Below, piece by piece: positions 12,079 to 25,267 of a DNA stretch of 64,000 nt. Below the pieces are notes generated by a model. That model ran no database searches and was not told the DNA's origin. It was given only the letters and a program-made list of their open reading frames with translations. This DNA comes from Azolla caroliniana (taxonomy: Eukaryota > Plantae > Polypodiophyta), in the NCBI GenBank assembly GCA_043228905.1, contig JBHGNT010000017.1, positions 7,936,001-8,000,000 of the forward strand, in the 5' to 3' direction. A program made the translations under genes and the position numbers. How positions within the stretch are numbered: position 1 is the first letter of the stretch; each line of letters begins with the position of its first letter.

Positions 12079-15000
12079 TAGATGTAAAGAATGTGTTCCT
12101 GCAAGGTGATCTTAAGGAACAGGTGTACATAGTACAACCTCCCGGATTTCTATCCGAACAGAACTCTTCGGGAGTCTGCCGATTGAAGAAACTGTTATAC
12201 GGCCTTAAGCAAGCCCTACGAGCTTGGAACGCAAAGATTACGCAACAACTGCGTAGAATGGGGTTCACAATGTCCCAATCTGCCTCCTCGTTGTTCGTTC
12301 TGCAACGTCGCCATGGACCGGTTTGTCTTTTACTTTATGTTGATCATTTAGTCATCGCCGGTGCCAACCTGGAAGAAATCGGCCGCGTAAAGTCTTAGCT
12401 TGCAGCATTGTTCAAAATGAAGGATCTTGGGACCTTCATTACTTCCTTAGGATTGAAGTGATCCGTTCCCCGAAGGCATATTGATTGGTTAGCATCATTA
12501 TGCGCTGAATATGCTCTTCAAGTTCGGGGTGCCAGATTGTAAGCACGTTTGGACCCCTCTAGATAGAAATGTAAAGCTTCGCCGAGATTCGGGAAAGGTG
12601 TGCAACCCGACATGGTTTCGACGGATTATTGGAAGCCTCATCTACTTGATGATCACTCGGCTGGACCTCAGCTATCCGGTCGGAATGATCAGTCAATTTA
12701 TGTTGCAGCCCACGACTGAACACTTGTAGTGCGCGCAAACGATATTACGATATGTCAGCGGCACGGAAGACATGACCTTGTTGTACCTTGCAGGTGTAGC
12801 TGAACAGTTAGTCGGCTATACACGAATGCCGATTGGGCCAGAAATGCCCACGATCGTAGATCCACATTTGGATATGCCTTCTCATTGGGAAGTGCGGCGA
12901 TTGCGTGGAGCAATAAGAATTAACTGACAGTAGCATTGTTGAGCATTAAGGCTGAATATCGAGGGGCGACTGTCGCTACTATGAAGTCATTTGGCTGAAA
13001 TGGCTATTACAGGATCTGCAGGTAGAGGTGTCTGATCCAATGACGATCTATTGCGACAACCTCAACAACATCCACCTTGCGAAAAACCATGTATTCCATG
13101 CTTGGACCAAGCACATTGAGGTGCATTACCATTTTGTCTGCGAGCGTGTCCTTTCTAGTGAAGTCGAATTGGCGTATGTTCCGACAGGTTGACAAATTGC
13201 CGACATCTTCACCAAGACCCTTGGTCTCGACAAGTTACCACATTTCTCAGTTCAGCTGGGTTTGCGGCACCTCGACATGCCGAACTTGAGGGGGAGACAA
13301 GAACAGGAACAAGAGCGTGAAAGGAGCGGAAGTAACCACGATGCCGAATCAGATGAACAATTCGATTTCGGGCTGGCTGAAGAAACCGAAGAACAAGAAA
13401 ACAAGGGCCGTAATCGCAAGGAAGAGCCGAAGACAGCCAAACAACGGGGAAATATAGCCAAGAAGGGCGTAAAGGCCAAGACCATGACGTGGTCTGATAT
13501 TGTCAAGGCCCTGAAAACAGAATACGAATCGGAGACACCCAATTCGGGCGAAAGTGGAATTGAATCGGCAGTGACCGATTAATCAAAATCTTTGATTCGG
13601 ATATTACGAATCGACTGAGGGCCATCCGGAGGAAAGGGCAGTGAAAGAGGTGCCAACATCGCGACATCAAGGGAGCTAAGAAGGGCCGCATGAGCAGACA
13701 AGCCGACCAGAAGGGTTGAAGTGCGTAGAATCAAATGGGTTGAGGAGCGCGAGCGAGGCGTGAAGCCAGGAGAGGCCGGAGTGAAGATCCGGAAAAGCAT
13801 ATGGAACCTCAAGTTGAGCTTGAGGGGGAGTGTTTGAGAGACAAGATCAACATTGGGTGTGTAACCTACTACGTTGTCACGTTACTACGCGCGTGCGTGG
13901 ATATCACCATGCGGTACCGTGAATATCACCATCGGCTTCACGACTGTCGGGTCTACGCACCTGATCTCCTCCGGTGAGAATGTGAAGGCTTTCCCGTGCC
14001 TTCTGAGCATTCTCCAAAACCGGTCTTCTTCCGCCGGCAGTAGGAACCCGCCCCCACCGACTTTGAGCTCCCGTAGCGTTCTGTCGGTGAAGGTGTGTCC
14101 TATGCAGGCCGGATCTCTCAAACTGGGGTCCGACGCGACCCCATTGATTCGCAACTCGCTGCGCTCCGGTAAGGGTGCCGCGACTGGCCTTACCTTCCGG
14201 TCCACAGTCTTGTACTTCGTGTTAACCCGGGCCGTCCGATCCGAGTCGAGCCCTCGACTGAAGTCCGCGATGACTTCGTACATCTCTTCTGAACAAACCG
14301 GTATCGTCCGGTCCTCTTTAAGGCCCTCTCCGACCACCTCTCGCAGTATTCCCAAGGTATCGTCGAAGGAGACCGCCTCCACGGCCCCGTTGATTTCCTC
14401 GTTGGGCCCGAGAACTCCACACGCCCGAAGTCGCTCTTCCGCCCTTGTCTTTTCTCGGCCAACGACGCCAACTATCGTACACCCTCCGTTGTCGGAGAAA
14501 CAAAAATTCCTACTTATGGTACAAGGTTTCTTCGGTTTCGCCTCTATCGTACCTTTGTGGGGTTTTCCCGGAGTGTCCGGACTATCGCGGCCCCACGCCT
14601 TGACAGCCCTCTCTAAAAATCCTCTCGGTTCTCGCCACCAAGGGACTCGCGGTTTCGCTCGTGGTTCGGTCGCACCGTCAGGAACTGGACCGAATGACGC
14701 CCGTCTTGACTCTTGACCCTTGCGTAAGCCGACCCGTTGTCCAGCACCTTGGTCTCCATCCGTGCCGCCGTAATGTACGGTTCTCCCAGTATGACCGGGT
14801 GCGAGGACGTCTCCTGCACAAAGAAGTGCTAGTCTATCTCGATGTCGCCGATCTTGACTTGCGCGTTTGGGCAGGCCCCGTGTAGTTCCTCGGTGGCGCG
14901 CGTTGCCGCCCGTATCTTCCACCTGTGCTTGGTGTTGATCGGCCATTTCCCCTTTTTGTAGAAGTCCATGGACATCAGGTTTATTTCCGAACCGTGGTCC

Positions 15001-17822
15001 ACCAGCGCCACCACCAGTTCCTGAACATCTCCGATCTTCACCAGGGTTTCCGTGGTCGCTCGGGCCCAGTGTGGCCTCGAATAGTGGCTCTCCGCCCACT
15101 CGTCTTCCAGCGCCATGTCCTCTATGTGCGTTGTCCGCACCTCCACTGGCCTTTCCGGTTCTGTCTCCGTCGACAGCCTCTTCCTCTTCACCAAGTCTAC
15201 GATGGAGTCGTGGAACTCCTTCTTGGCGATTCCGAGCACCTCCCGCAACGATAGTTCCACCTTGCTGTCGAGGACTCGTTCTTCCAGGACCTTTCGTAGG
15301 TCCGTGGTCCTTTTGATCTCCGTGCCCAACCGGTATCCGCCCTTCTTGTGGTTATCCCGGGCATTGGTCTCACCGGCCTCGTTCCGTTTCGGCCCGAATC
15401 GGGTTTTGTATCTCTGTGAGGGTCCGGCCCCTCCGGTTTTACCTACCCGTTTGTCTTCAACCAGAGCCTCGTAGTTCTGGCAAGCTGCTTTGACGAAACC
15501 CGTCTTTTCTTTGACCGGGTCACTCCACCCGGTTACCTCCTGGACCCGCTTCTCCGCACGGTCCGCCTCGTCTTTCCTTAGTCGGGCACCGGCGAGGCCT
15601 TCCAGCATCGCCGGCCAGAACCCGGCTTTGCTCTCCTTCCGGGCCTCGCTGCCTTCGACCCGAATATCGGCTGACGCCGAGTAGTGGACGGTTTCCGCGT
15701 GCCGGGCCGCCGCCTCTTCCATCAGCCTTTTCATTCCTCCTCGCCCGTCGTTTCGGTTCAGGGCCCTCCGGGTATCGCTGGCGTGCACCCGACCTTCCCA
15801 CAGGTACACTACCCGGCTTCTCAAAGCCTCCGCAAAGTCCCTGCAGTCTTTCCGGATGTGGCCGACCTCGTCGCACCACATGCACCTATTTCCTACCAGA
15901 GGCCGTCGGTCACGAGCCTGTTCGCCGCCTTCCCTCTGAGCCTGGGCGATCTGGAGATCCTTTACCGCCCGTGTCAACTCCTCCAAAGCTGTTCCCCCGG
16001 ACGAGCCTCTGACCACGCCGGTCGAAGCCGAACCGGTTTCGAGCCACTCCCGGGTCTCATCCCTTCACGCCTGTGGTATCGGTTCGAGCTTCCCTGCTGC
16101 GACAGGACCCGCCCTGGTCGCCTCTGTATCAGCCCACTCCCACCGTTTGTCAGAACAGCCGCAGACTCTTTTTACCGCGGCCCAGTTGGCCGTCAGCCCG
16201 TCTTCGGTTTCCAGTAAGGAGCCCACTTGCTCCCGATCCCGTGTGTCAACCGATTTGACAAACAGTAGGACATGACTTGTGTCTAGAACGGTCCGATCGA
16301 GTGCCGAAAGGCGCGCAAAGCGTTCCTCAAACTCTCGGAGGAGTACCGACGCATTTCTTCCTTTGTTGGGGGACTCCACCCACTCCATGAAGCCCCGCTT
16401 CGAAAGTTGAAGCGCGTCATCCAGCCCGTATTTCTCCAGGAGCCGTCCTTCGAACTCCTCCCAGGTCCGGCTCTCCGCCCGGACCTCAAGCACCTCCGCA
16501 TGGATGCCCCGACATTGCCACTCGAGGGAATCCGGCAAGACGCCTCTCTTCCGGAATATCCCTCATCAACATCTCCGCACGGTAGGACGCCAAATAACTC
16601 GTGGCATCCTTTCCACTGAATCGGCCGATCGTACCGACGATCGCCTCAATAGCCCTGTTAAGGGCGCCAGTGCCCTCGCGCGCGCTCACTATCCGGTCCA
16701 CGGCCGAAGCCATGGCCTCTGCAAGATCCGACCCCCTCATCTTCTGCTCCTCTGCCACCTTGTTCACGTTGGGTTCACCAAAGATGTCACGTTACTACGC
16801 GCGTGCGTGGAGAAACGAGGCGGGACCACCGGGGTCTTGAACCGAAGAGCAGGTGATAGAAGGGGAAAGAGAAAGAGAGAGACGCCTGGTTACGTATGAG
16901 CAAAGAAACACAGGGACACGGCCCTTCAACGCAGAAGACATGAATGGACACAGAGACAGAGAGACACGAATGTTTGTATATTAACGAATGACAAATAAAC
17001 AACAGAGCACGCGAGCGGTTACAACCAAACAGGCCGGCGAACAGATGTCGATGCCTGTTCGTCTGCGCACGAAAGGGGATAGGATGGAGGTGCTGCCGGA
17101 AGCACACGGGCGTTCCTCGAAGCAGCGCGAGCCTCCCAAAAACCTGCAGAGAAGAGCGATGGAGAACGAATCTGAGGAGAAGCGTTCGGTTTCAGTCCGA
17201 CAGCACTTCATCCTCCTCAATGCGCGATCCCCTCTCCCCCGAGTCTCCCTCTCTTTTATAGCTTCAAGAAGGGAGCCGCTTCCCTCATTAACTTCCTACC
17301 TACTGAATCTAACTACCTAGGATATACCTTTGTACCTAATTCTCTATTATATACATTAAAGGGCGCGCACACGTGAAGAGCCGGTTCATGCGCGCTATGC
17401 ACCGATTGCACTAAGGGACGGTTTTCTTCACGACAACGTACACTGGGTGCGTAAAACCGTACGCAAAATATGGTGGTGGCGGTGTTTAAACTGAGAGGCT
17501 CTTAGAACGTAATTCCACATAAGGAATAGTTTTGGGAGTTAGTTTAGAAAGCTCATTTATGAGCGGTCAAGTACCGGCAGTACTTGTGTCAGCCCAATAG
17601 TCGGGGCTTGTATAAAAGGTGCTCACTGAGCACGAAATATCTACAAAGAACATACAGAGAATTATTTTTGAATATAGTTGCGTTTTCAGCTGTGTGTGTG
17701 TGTGTGTGTGTGTGTGTCTCCTTCTCCTTCTCTGTGATTTCTGTGTTTGACCGAACTGTTGTACTTCCTAACCGTGTTCTCTGTGTATTACGCATACGCT
17801 TCCACACATGTATTCTTTTACA
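12079..17822 (+). mobile_element. Copia C2: RT-RNase H, tail and 3' LTR (13831-13874 plus 17440-17822, split by D); 5' part lost in a deletion
   Basis: DVKNVFLQGDL and LLYVD(H)L. PPT TTGAGGGGGAG at 13820-13830. Its LTR differs from the C1 LTR after about 22 bp and ends ...TTTTACA directly against C1 gag, implying insertion into C1 gag followed by a deletion. Confidence 0.8.
13875..17435 (-). mobile_element. Ty3/gypsy element D (tRNA-Trp-primed lineage), internally deleted
   Basis: 5' LTR 17435-16785 (TGTCGTGAAG...GTGACA). PBS TGGTGAACCCAACGTGAA at 16780-16763. Gag with CMWCDEVGHIRKDC and protease ALVDHGSEIN. The pol start is joined to the last 27 bp of the 3' LTR (13875-13901). 4-bp TSD ACGT at 13871-13874 and 17436-17439. 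Confidence 0.92.
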
Positions 17823-18995
17823 AGCTCGATAGGAGCAACTACGCATCTTGGTCATACAAGATGCACCAATACCTGCTCGGGCAAGGGTACTAGAGTTATG
17901 TCGAAGGAGGTAATGATGCAGCACTCGAGTTGACACACAAAGATTTCCCGGCCTGGGAACATGCTGCAAGTAGAGTTCTCTACTACTTTGCATCATGTGT
18001 GAGGGATCAACTTTTGAGCTACATTAGGGATCCCCAAACGCCAAAGGATGCTTGGGGAAATGTTGGGAATTCGGTCCCTCCAGATGGGATCCGGAGGAGC
18101 CGGATCGGATGAGCCGAAAGAAGGAACCAGACCGGATGTAGCAACCGGGCCAGACCAGAATGTATCCGGATGGAGCTGATCTGAACCGGATCTAGGGACA
18201 TATTTGCAAATATGTTTCTGGTGTGCCTGTAAAGGCTATATTTGTAAATAGTCTTAAAGTCATATAAGTATAAATATGACTTAGGACAATCACCTTGAAA
18301 AAGTTGTTAATGTTGTTGTTGTTGTCGAAGAGAAGAGAAGCCGTAGGTTGGCGAAGATACAGAGCTCGAGGTCGTTGTCTTTGAGTCTCCTGTTGTACCT
18401 CCTTTCTCGTATAGTGATAGTTGGAGTCTGTATGCTCCCATGGGTTTTCCCTATTAGGGCTTTCAACGTAAACATCATATGTCATCTCTCCTGTGTAAGT
18501 GTACAAATCTCCATTTCTGTTTTGTTCTTTCATAAAGTGTTTTAGTCTTAGTTGTGGCCGAGCGCTATTTTGCACAAACTAGTATCAGGGCAATAAGAAA
18601 ATGGAAGAGTCATTTGGAAGCATGTTCAAGCTCATCGGCTCCAATAACCCAGTGTGGAAGTCAAACATGAGGGACATGGTCATGGTCAAAGATCTCTGGT
18701 TGGCGGTATAGTTTGGGGACAAGAAACCAGACAAGATTGATGCCATGACATGGGACGTGATGCACATGAAGACGAAGGCATACATACGGTGCTTCATCAA
18801 CATGATCCTATACAATAACTCCAATGAAGAAAGTAAGACTCATGTGCTATGGGAGAAAATCGGCACCATGTTGGAGACCAAAAACGCCATAAATCGGGTT
18901 TCGGTATTCCGGAAGTTAGTGAGACTCCGGTACCAGGACGGATACAGCATGGCGGAACACATGAATGCATTCAAGGGGCTTATAAATCAAACAAC

Positions 18996-19660
18996 TGTTA
19001 GGAAACAGGTCCCTCCGGATGGGAAGTGAGAAGAACAATGCTGATGAGAAACTCCGCCGAGGCCGAAACCGGATGTGGAGTACCCGGCTACGGAAGACCC
19101 GGTGGGAACTGGATGACGAGTACCCGGCTACGTAAGACCCGGTGAGAACCGGATGACGAGTACCCGACAAGAGCCGGATGGTGAAGGACCGGTGAGAAGT
19201 ACTCACTGGATGAAGGGATATATTTGTAAATATGTTTTCTGAGAGTCCATCGGGGCTCTATTTGTAAATAGCCAAAAAGTTATAAATATGACTTAGGGCA
19301 AACTTAGTGTATTGTTGTTGTTAATTCTTGTTGGTGCAAGACTGTAGAGCGCATAACTGTGTATAGAGAGAGAGAGAGAGAGAGAGGAAGAGGTCGTTGC
19401 CTCTGTTGTAACCGCCGCCTGTGGCGAAGATAGCAAGCTCGAGGTCGTTACCTCGGTGCTTTACTATTGTACATTCTGATATAGTGATAGTTTGCAGTCT
19501 GTGGGCTGCCGTGGTTTTTTGCCTACTTTGGGTTTTTCCACGTTAACATCCTGTGTACTCTTCTCTTCACTGTGTCGTGCGTTCATTACCCGTTTTCTGT
19601 GTTTGATTTTAGACTCGGTTGTGGCCGAGTGTTGTGCAAAGGGAGCGTGCATTCCGGTCA
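18996..19660 (+). repeat. Solo LTR, family B, inside B2 gag
   Basis: TGTTAGGAAACAGGTCCCTCCGG...CCGGTCA with a perfect TSD ACAAC. Gag reads NQTT|SLEIPLAD across it. Confidence 0.93.
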
Positions 19661-21278
19661 ACAACTTCACTTGAAATACCTCTGGCAGACGAGGTACTTG
19701 CATTGCTCCTACTCGGTTCCCTCCCAGATAGTTGGGAGACACTAGTTGTCCCGTTAGGCAATGCCCGACCGGAAGGAAAGCAGTTGTCCCTAGCAAGGGT
19801 AAAATGAAGCTTGCTAGATGAAGAAGCTCGCAGGAAGGAATGGGAATCCGGAACCGACTCGAAGGCTTTGGTTACGGAAGATGACCAAAACCGGGGAAGA
19901 GGCCGAAATTGGAGTTCCCAAAACCGGGACAAATCGGGGACAAGATCAAAGTCAAGGGGGAGGCCTACTTGCTTCTACTATGGGAAGCCGGGGCTCTTCC
20001 AGAATAATTGTCGGCATTTCCGGAAAGAGAAAGGGTCTAACACCACCGATTCGAAGAAGAGTTCGGATCGGAAAGGAATGTCGGCGATTGTGACAAGTGA
20101 AGAAGAATTGTTGCTCATCACCGAGGAGAATGAGTTAAACCTTGTCGACGACAACACAATGTGGGTTGTCGATTCCGGAGCTCCACTTGACACTGGACCG
20201 CAAATGATTCTCGTCCTATAGAGCCGGAGATCTGGTTGTGTCCAGATGGGGAATGAAGGGTCATGCCGAATTGTCGGTAGAGGAGATGTGTGTTTGACGA
20301 CATCAACTAGGTGCAAGTTGTTGTTGAAGGATGTCCGACACGTTCCAGAGGTTCGCCTGAACCGGATATCAGCCGGTCGGCTAGATGATGAAGGCTACAT
20401 GGGTAACATCTCGAACGGAGTCTTGAAATTTAGCAAAGAAAGCCTGATAGTGGCTCGAGCCCTGAAGATCAACATGTTATACCTGATGCACACCCCGATA
20501 TGCCGGGAAGAAGTGAATATAGCATCTAACAATGCTAGTGAGTTGTGGCAGAAGGGGATGAGAAGACTTGACGAAGATAACCTCATTCTGGAGGTGAAAG
20601 ACGTGCATCTTGAGAAGTGCACGGATTGCTTGGCCAGCAAGCAAAACCGAACCTCTTCCGGTCAAGAACACCGATGAGACGGAATGCATCACTCAAGTTG
20701 GTGCATACCGATGTGTGTCAAGTGGACACAAAGTCACATGCCGGATCACAATACTTCGTTACGTTCATAGACGACCACATCCGGAAGCTATGGGTCTCAC
20801 CATTGAAGACGAAGGCTCAAATTCACTGTGCCGAAGACATCGAAATTAAACGGGTTGGTTGAATAGATGAACCGGACCATAATGGAGAGAGTCTGAAGCA
20901 TGCTAGTAGATGCAAAGTTATCCAAGACGTTTTGGGCTGAAGCGCTGATGACGACGACATACGTGATTAACAGATCACCCTGAACACCCTTGGAAGGAGA
21001 CACATCACAAAGAGTATGGACCGGTAAAGACGTGTCTTACAGGCATATGAAGGTATTTAGTTGTCTCCCTCATGTGCATGTTGCAAAGGATAAGAGAGCA
21101 AAGTTGGATCTAAAGTCCCGGCCATGCATATTCCTTCGATACAACGATGATGAGTTCTAGAGTGTGGGACTTGGTCGACAAGAAGGTGTTCCGGAATCGA
21201 GACATAGTCTTCATGGAACAATGCTATTGCTAGAAGAAGATAACGGACTCCGGATTGATCGACATAGATCGGTCGAAA

Positions 21279-21846
21279 TGAAGAGAATATGCGGAATATT
21301 GCTCGGCCACAATCGAGTCTTAGGATCAACCATAGAAAGATGGGAATAGGGAGAAGTACACGTATACACACAAACAATATAAGAGAGGTAAAGTACACAG
21401 TATGTTTTCGTGGAAACTATCACTATGTAAGAAGAATACAACAGTAATAAGTCACAGAGGCAACGACCTCATGCTCTCAATCTTCGCCAATAGGCGGTTA
21501 CAACAGAGACTATTCAAGGTCTCTCTCTTTCTGTGTGTGTGTGTGTGTGTGTTACGCTCTATACAATAATTACAACAATAACTGTATACAAAAATAATGA
21601 CAGCACAATGATACCCTCGTAGTTTGCCCTAGGTCATATTTATACTAATATGACTTTCGGGCTATTTACAAATATAGCCTCAATGGGCTAACAGAAACAT
21701 ATTTACTTATATGTCGCTTCATCCGGTGAGAGGTTCTCACCGTGCCTGCGTCATCCATTTCTCACCGGGTCTTCCTTACCGAGTACTTATCATCCGGTTC
21801 TCACCGGGCCTTCATCATCCCATCCGGAGGGACCGAGATCCTAAAA
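21279..21846 (-). repeat. Solo LTR, family B, antisense inside B2
   Basis: The reverse complement carries the B-LTR blocks GGTCCCTCCGGATGGGA and the TATA hairpin. TSD CGAAA/TGAAA. Confidence 0.85.
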
Positions 21847-22424
21847 TGAAAGACACAAGGACCCATCCGGCCGGAAGCCGGACGACACTCGAAGAACCGA
21901 TCGGAGTCAGAAAAGAATCCGGACCTACCGAAGAAGAAGTTTTAGATACCGGAACTGGTCAAGACCCTGAATCGGATTCCTGATGAAGAACAAACGGAGG
22001 AACCGGTAGTTGAAGACCAAGGACGAAGATACCCTCTCAGAGACAGAAGGCCCCCCCGGAGATTTCTGGATGCAGAACATGTATTGCTGACTGATGAGGG
22101 GGGATCAGAAAGCTTTGAAGAAGCAAAGAAAGACACCCACAACCATAAGTGGTTGAGTGCCATGTAGGACAAGATGGATTCCCTTCATGAGAAGCAAACA
22201 TACGAATTGATGGAGTTGCTGAAAGGAAAGAGGGCACTCCGGAACAAGTGGGTGTACAAGCTGAAACCGAGAGACGCCAAAAATCCACTAAAGTACAAGG
22301 CCTAGATCATGGTGAAGGGCTTTCAACAGAAGAAAGGAGTAGATTTCGGCGAGATCTTTGCCCCGGTAGTAAAAATGACATCCATCCGGACGATTTTGAG
22401 GTAGAGCAACTGGATGTCAAGATG

Positions 22425-24415
22425 GTTGTCGTCTGCAAGCCACTTCATCCCCTTCTCGCTCATGTGACATAGCCTTTTGTGCCAAGCTCACCGGAAGTGT
22501 TGGATGCCACGTTCACTTCCTCCGGACATAATCGGGCATTCATCAGGTACATCGTGTTTACCTTCTGGGCCCGAGCCACAATCAGGCTCCCTTTGCTGAA
22601 CTTCATAACACCATTCCAAATGCTACTCATATAGCCTTCATCATCTAGCCGACCGGCTGATATCAGGTTCAGACGAACCTTCGGAACGTGTCGGACATCC
22701 TTCAGTAGAAGCTTGCATCCGGTTGGTGTTGTTAGTCACACGTCTCCTATGCCAACAATTCGGCATGTACCTTCCTTCCCCATCCGGACACAGTCGTGAT
22801 CATCGGCTGAGTAGGGTGAGAAGCATTTCCGGTTCGGGGTAAGGTGGAACGATGCTCCGGAGTCGACCACCCAGGTAATCTCGTCGCCGGCAAGGTTTAG
22901 CTCACTCTCCTCGGTGATGAACATAAACTCTTCTTCACTTGCCACGATTGTCGTCGTTCCCTTCAGGTCCGTTCCCCTAGACTGGTCTTTACTGTTCCGG
23001 TCCGGGGTTTGCTTCGAATCGGTACCGTCGGTTTCCTTGTCTTTTCGGAAATGCCGACAATTCTTCTGGAAGTGTCCTCGCTTGCCGCAATAGAAGCAAG
23101 TAAGCCTCCCCCTTGACTTTGACCGTGTCCCCGACTTTTCCTGGTTCTGGGGACTACGGTTCCTTTGTCTTCCGCGTTCCGATTCGGTAAGGAGCACTTT
23201 GGAGTCAGAGCTCGTATCCTTATCTTTTCGATTCGCCTCCTCATCTAGCAAGCTCGACTTCACTCTTGCTAGGGATAACCGTTTTCCTTCCGGCCCGGCG
23301 TTGCCCAAGGTGACAACCAACGTCTCCTAGCTATCTGGGAGGGAACCGAGCAGGAGTAGTGCTAGTACCTCATCGGCAAGAGGTACTTCCAATGATGTTG
23401 CCTGGTGGATCAGCCCCTGGAAGGCATTCATGTGCTCCCCCATGCTGGAGCCATCTTGATACCGGAGTCTTACTAGCTTCCGAAATACCGAAACCTGATT
23501 GACATCATTTTTATTCTGAAACATAAATTATGCCGATCTTCTCCCAGAGCTCATGAGCCTTGCTCTCTTCATTGAAGTTGTTGTATAGACTCATGTCGAT
23601 GAAGCACCGAATGTAAGCCGTTGTCTTCATGTGCATCACCTCCCATATCGCGGCGTCGATTTTGTTCAGTCTCTTGTCCCCGAACTGAACCGGAAGCCAA
23701 AGATCTTTAACCACGAGCATGTCCCTCATCTTCGACTTCCACACCGAATAGTTGGAGCCGGTGAGCTTGAACATGCCTCCCAACGAATCGTCCATTTTTC
23801 TGTGTCGCCTCGCTCTGATACCACTTTGACAGGAACTACACGCTCCGTAAGCACAACGCTTGGCCACAACTGAGTCTAGGATCAAACACAGAAAATGGGA
23901 AATGAATCCACGACACGATGGAGAGAAGAGTACACAGGATGTTTACATGGAAAACCCAAACACGGGAAAAACCACGGCAGTCCACTGACTGCTAACTATC
24001 ACTATGTAACAATATACAAAAGATGAACACAAAGGCAACGACCTCTTGTTCACTGTCTTCGCCAGAGGCGGCGGTTACAACAAATGCAATGACCTCTACG
24101 TGTCTTTCTCTCTCTCTCTCTCTCTGTACAATGTTGAGCTCTAATCTTGCACCAACAAGAATGGCAACAACATCATATCACTAAGTTTGCCCTAAGTCAT
24201 ATTTATACTAATATGACTTTTCGGCTATTTACAAATATAGCCCCAAAGGACTCTCAGAAACATATTCACGAATATGTCCCTTCATCCGATGAGCACTCCT
24301 CACCGGGCCTGCATCATCCGGATCTTGCCGGGTACTCGTCATCCGGTTCTCACCGGGCCTTGCTCATCAGTACTGTTCTTCTCACTTCCCATCCGGAGGG
24401 ACCTGTTTCCTAACA
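22425..24415 (-). mobile_element. Truncated copia B4 (5' LTR, PBS, gag, protease)
   Basis: LTR 24415-23827 and PBS TGGTATCAGAGCG at 23823-23811. ORFs 23511-23885, 23327-23524 and 22736-23320 match B gag/protease. Ends at a deletion junction with the B2 RT. Confidence 0.9.
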
Positions 24416-24524
24416 GTTTGCGTATCTGTTTTACGCACCGGTCCGTCCTAACCGATCGGTCCCAACCGATCCGGTCCTTGGCTTGCTCAGCCGATTCGGC
24501 CGATGTTGAGCTTGTCTCTGAACA
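24416..24524 (-). repeat. 5' 109 bp of a family C LTR, inserted in B2 RT and then hit by B4
   Basis: The reverse complement begins TGTTCAGAGACAAGCTCAACATCGGCCGAATCGG, like the LTR at 11593. Confidence 0.8.
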
Positions 24525-25267
24525 CGGAAGGATTTGAGAAGAAAGGGAAGGAGCACCTGGTGTGCCGGTTGAAGAAGAGCTTATACAGACTGAACCAAGC
24601 TCCATGGCAATGGTACCGGAAGTTCCACTCCTTCATGATCGACCAAGGGTACCATAAGACGCAAGCCGACCATTGTGTGTTCATGAATAAATTTGACGGA
24701 GGTGACTTCCTAATACTCCTACTGTATGTAGATGACATGTTGATCATTGGACCGAACCGAACCAAAATCGGAAATGTGAAGAAGGCTTTGAACCAGACCT
24801 TCTCAATGAAAGATTTGGGTTCGGCGAGACAGATACGGGGGATGCACATAATCCGGGACCGGTCGATGAAATTTCTATGGCTGTCACAAGAGAAGTACGT
24901 GACAAAGGTGCTTAAACAGTTCAACATGTCTGATGTGAAGTCGGTCAGGTCGACACTTCCAGCAAACTGCAAGTTGTTCGGAAAGCAGAGCCGAAAGACA
25001 AAGGCAGAGAAGTCAGATTTGACGAATATACCATATGCCTGTGTCGTCGAAAGCTTGATGTACGCGATGGTGTGCACCCGACTAGATACCAGATACACAG
25101 TCAGAGTGGTTAGCCGGTTCATGAGCAATCTGGGAAGAGAACACTGGAACGCGGTCAAGTGGATACTCTGGTACTTGAAAGGCACCTCAAGTATGTGCCT
25201 CCGGTTCGGCTCAGGTAAACCCCAATTGGAAGGCTTTACGGATTCAGATATGTCGGCTGATGCGGAT

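Noticed and set aside
11593-13860. A discrete 2.3-kb non-autonomous LTR element
   Set aside because: The two LTRs diverge after about 22 bp. The true partner of the 11593 LTR ends at 36994 with a matching TTCTT TSD.
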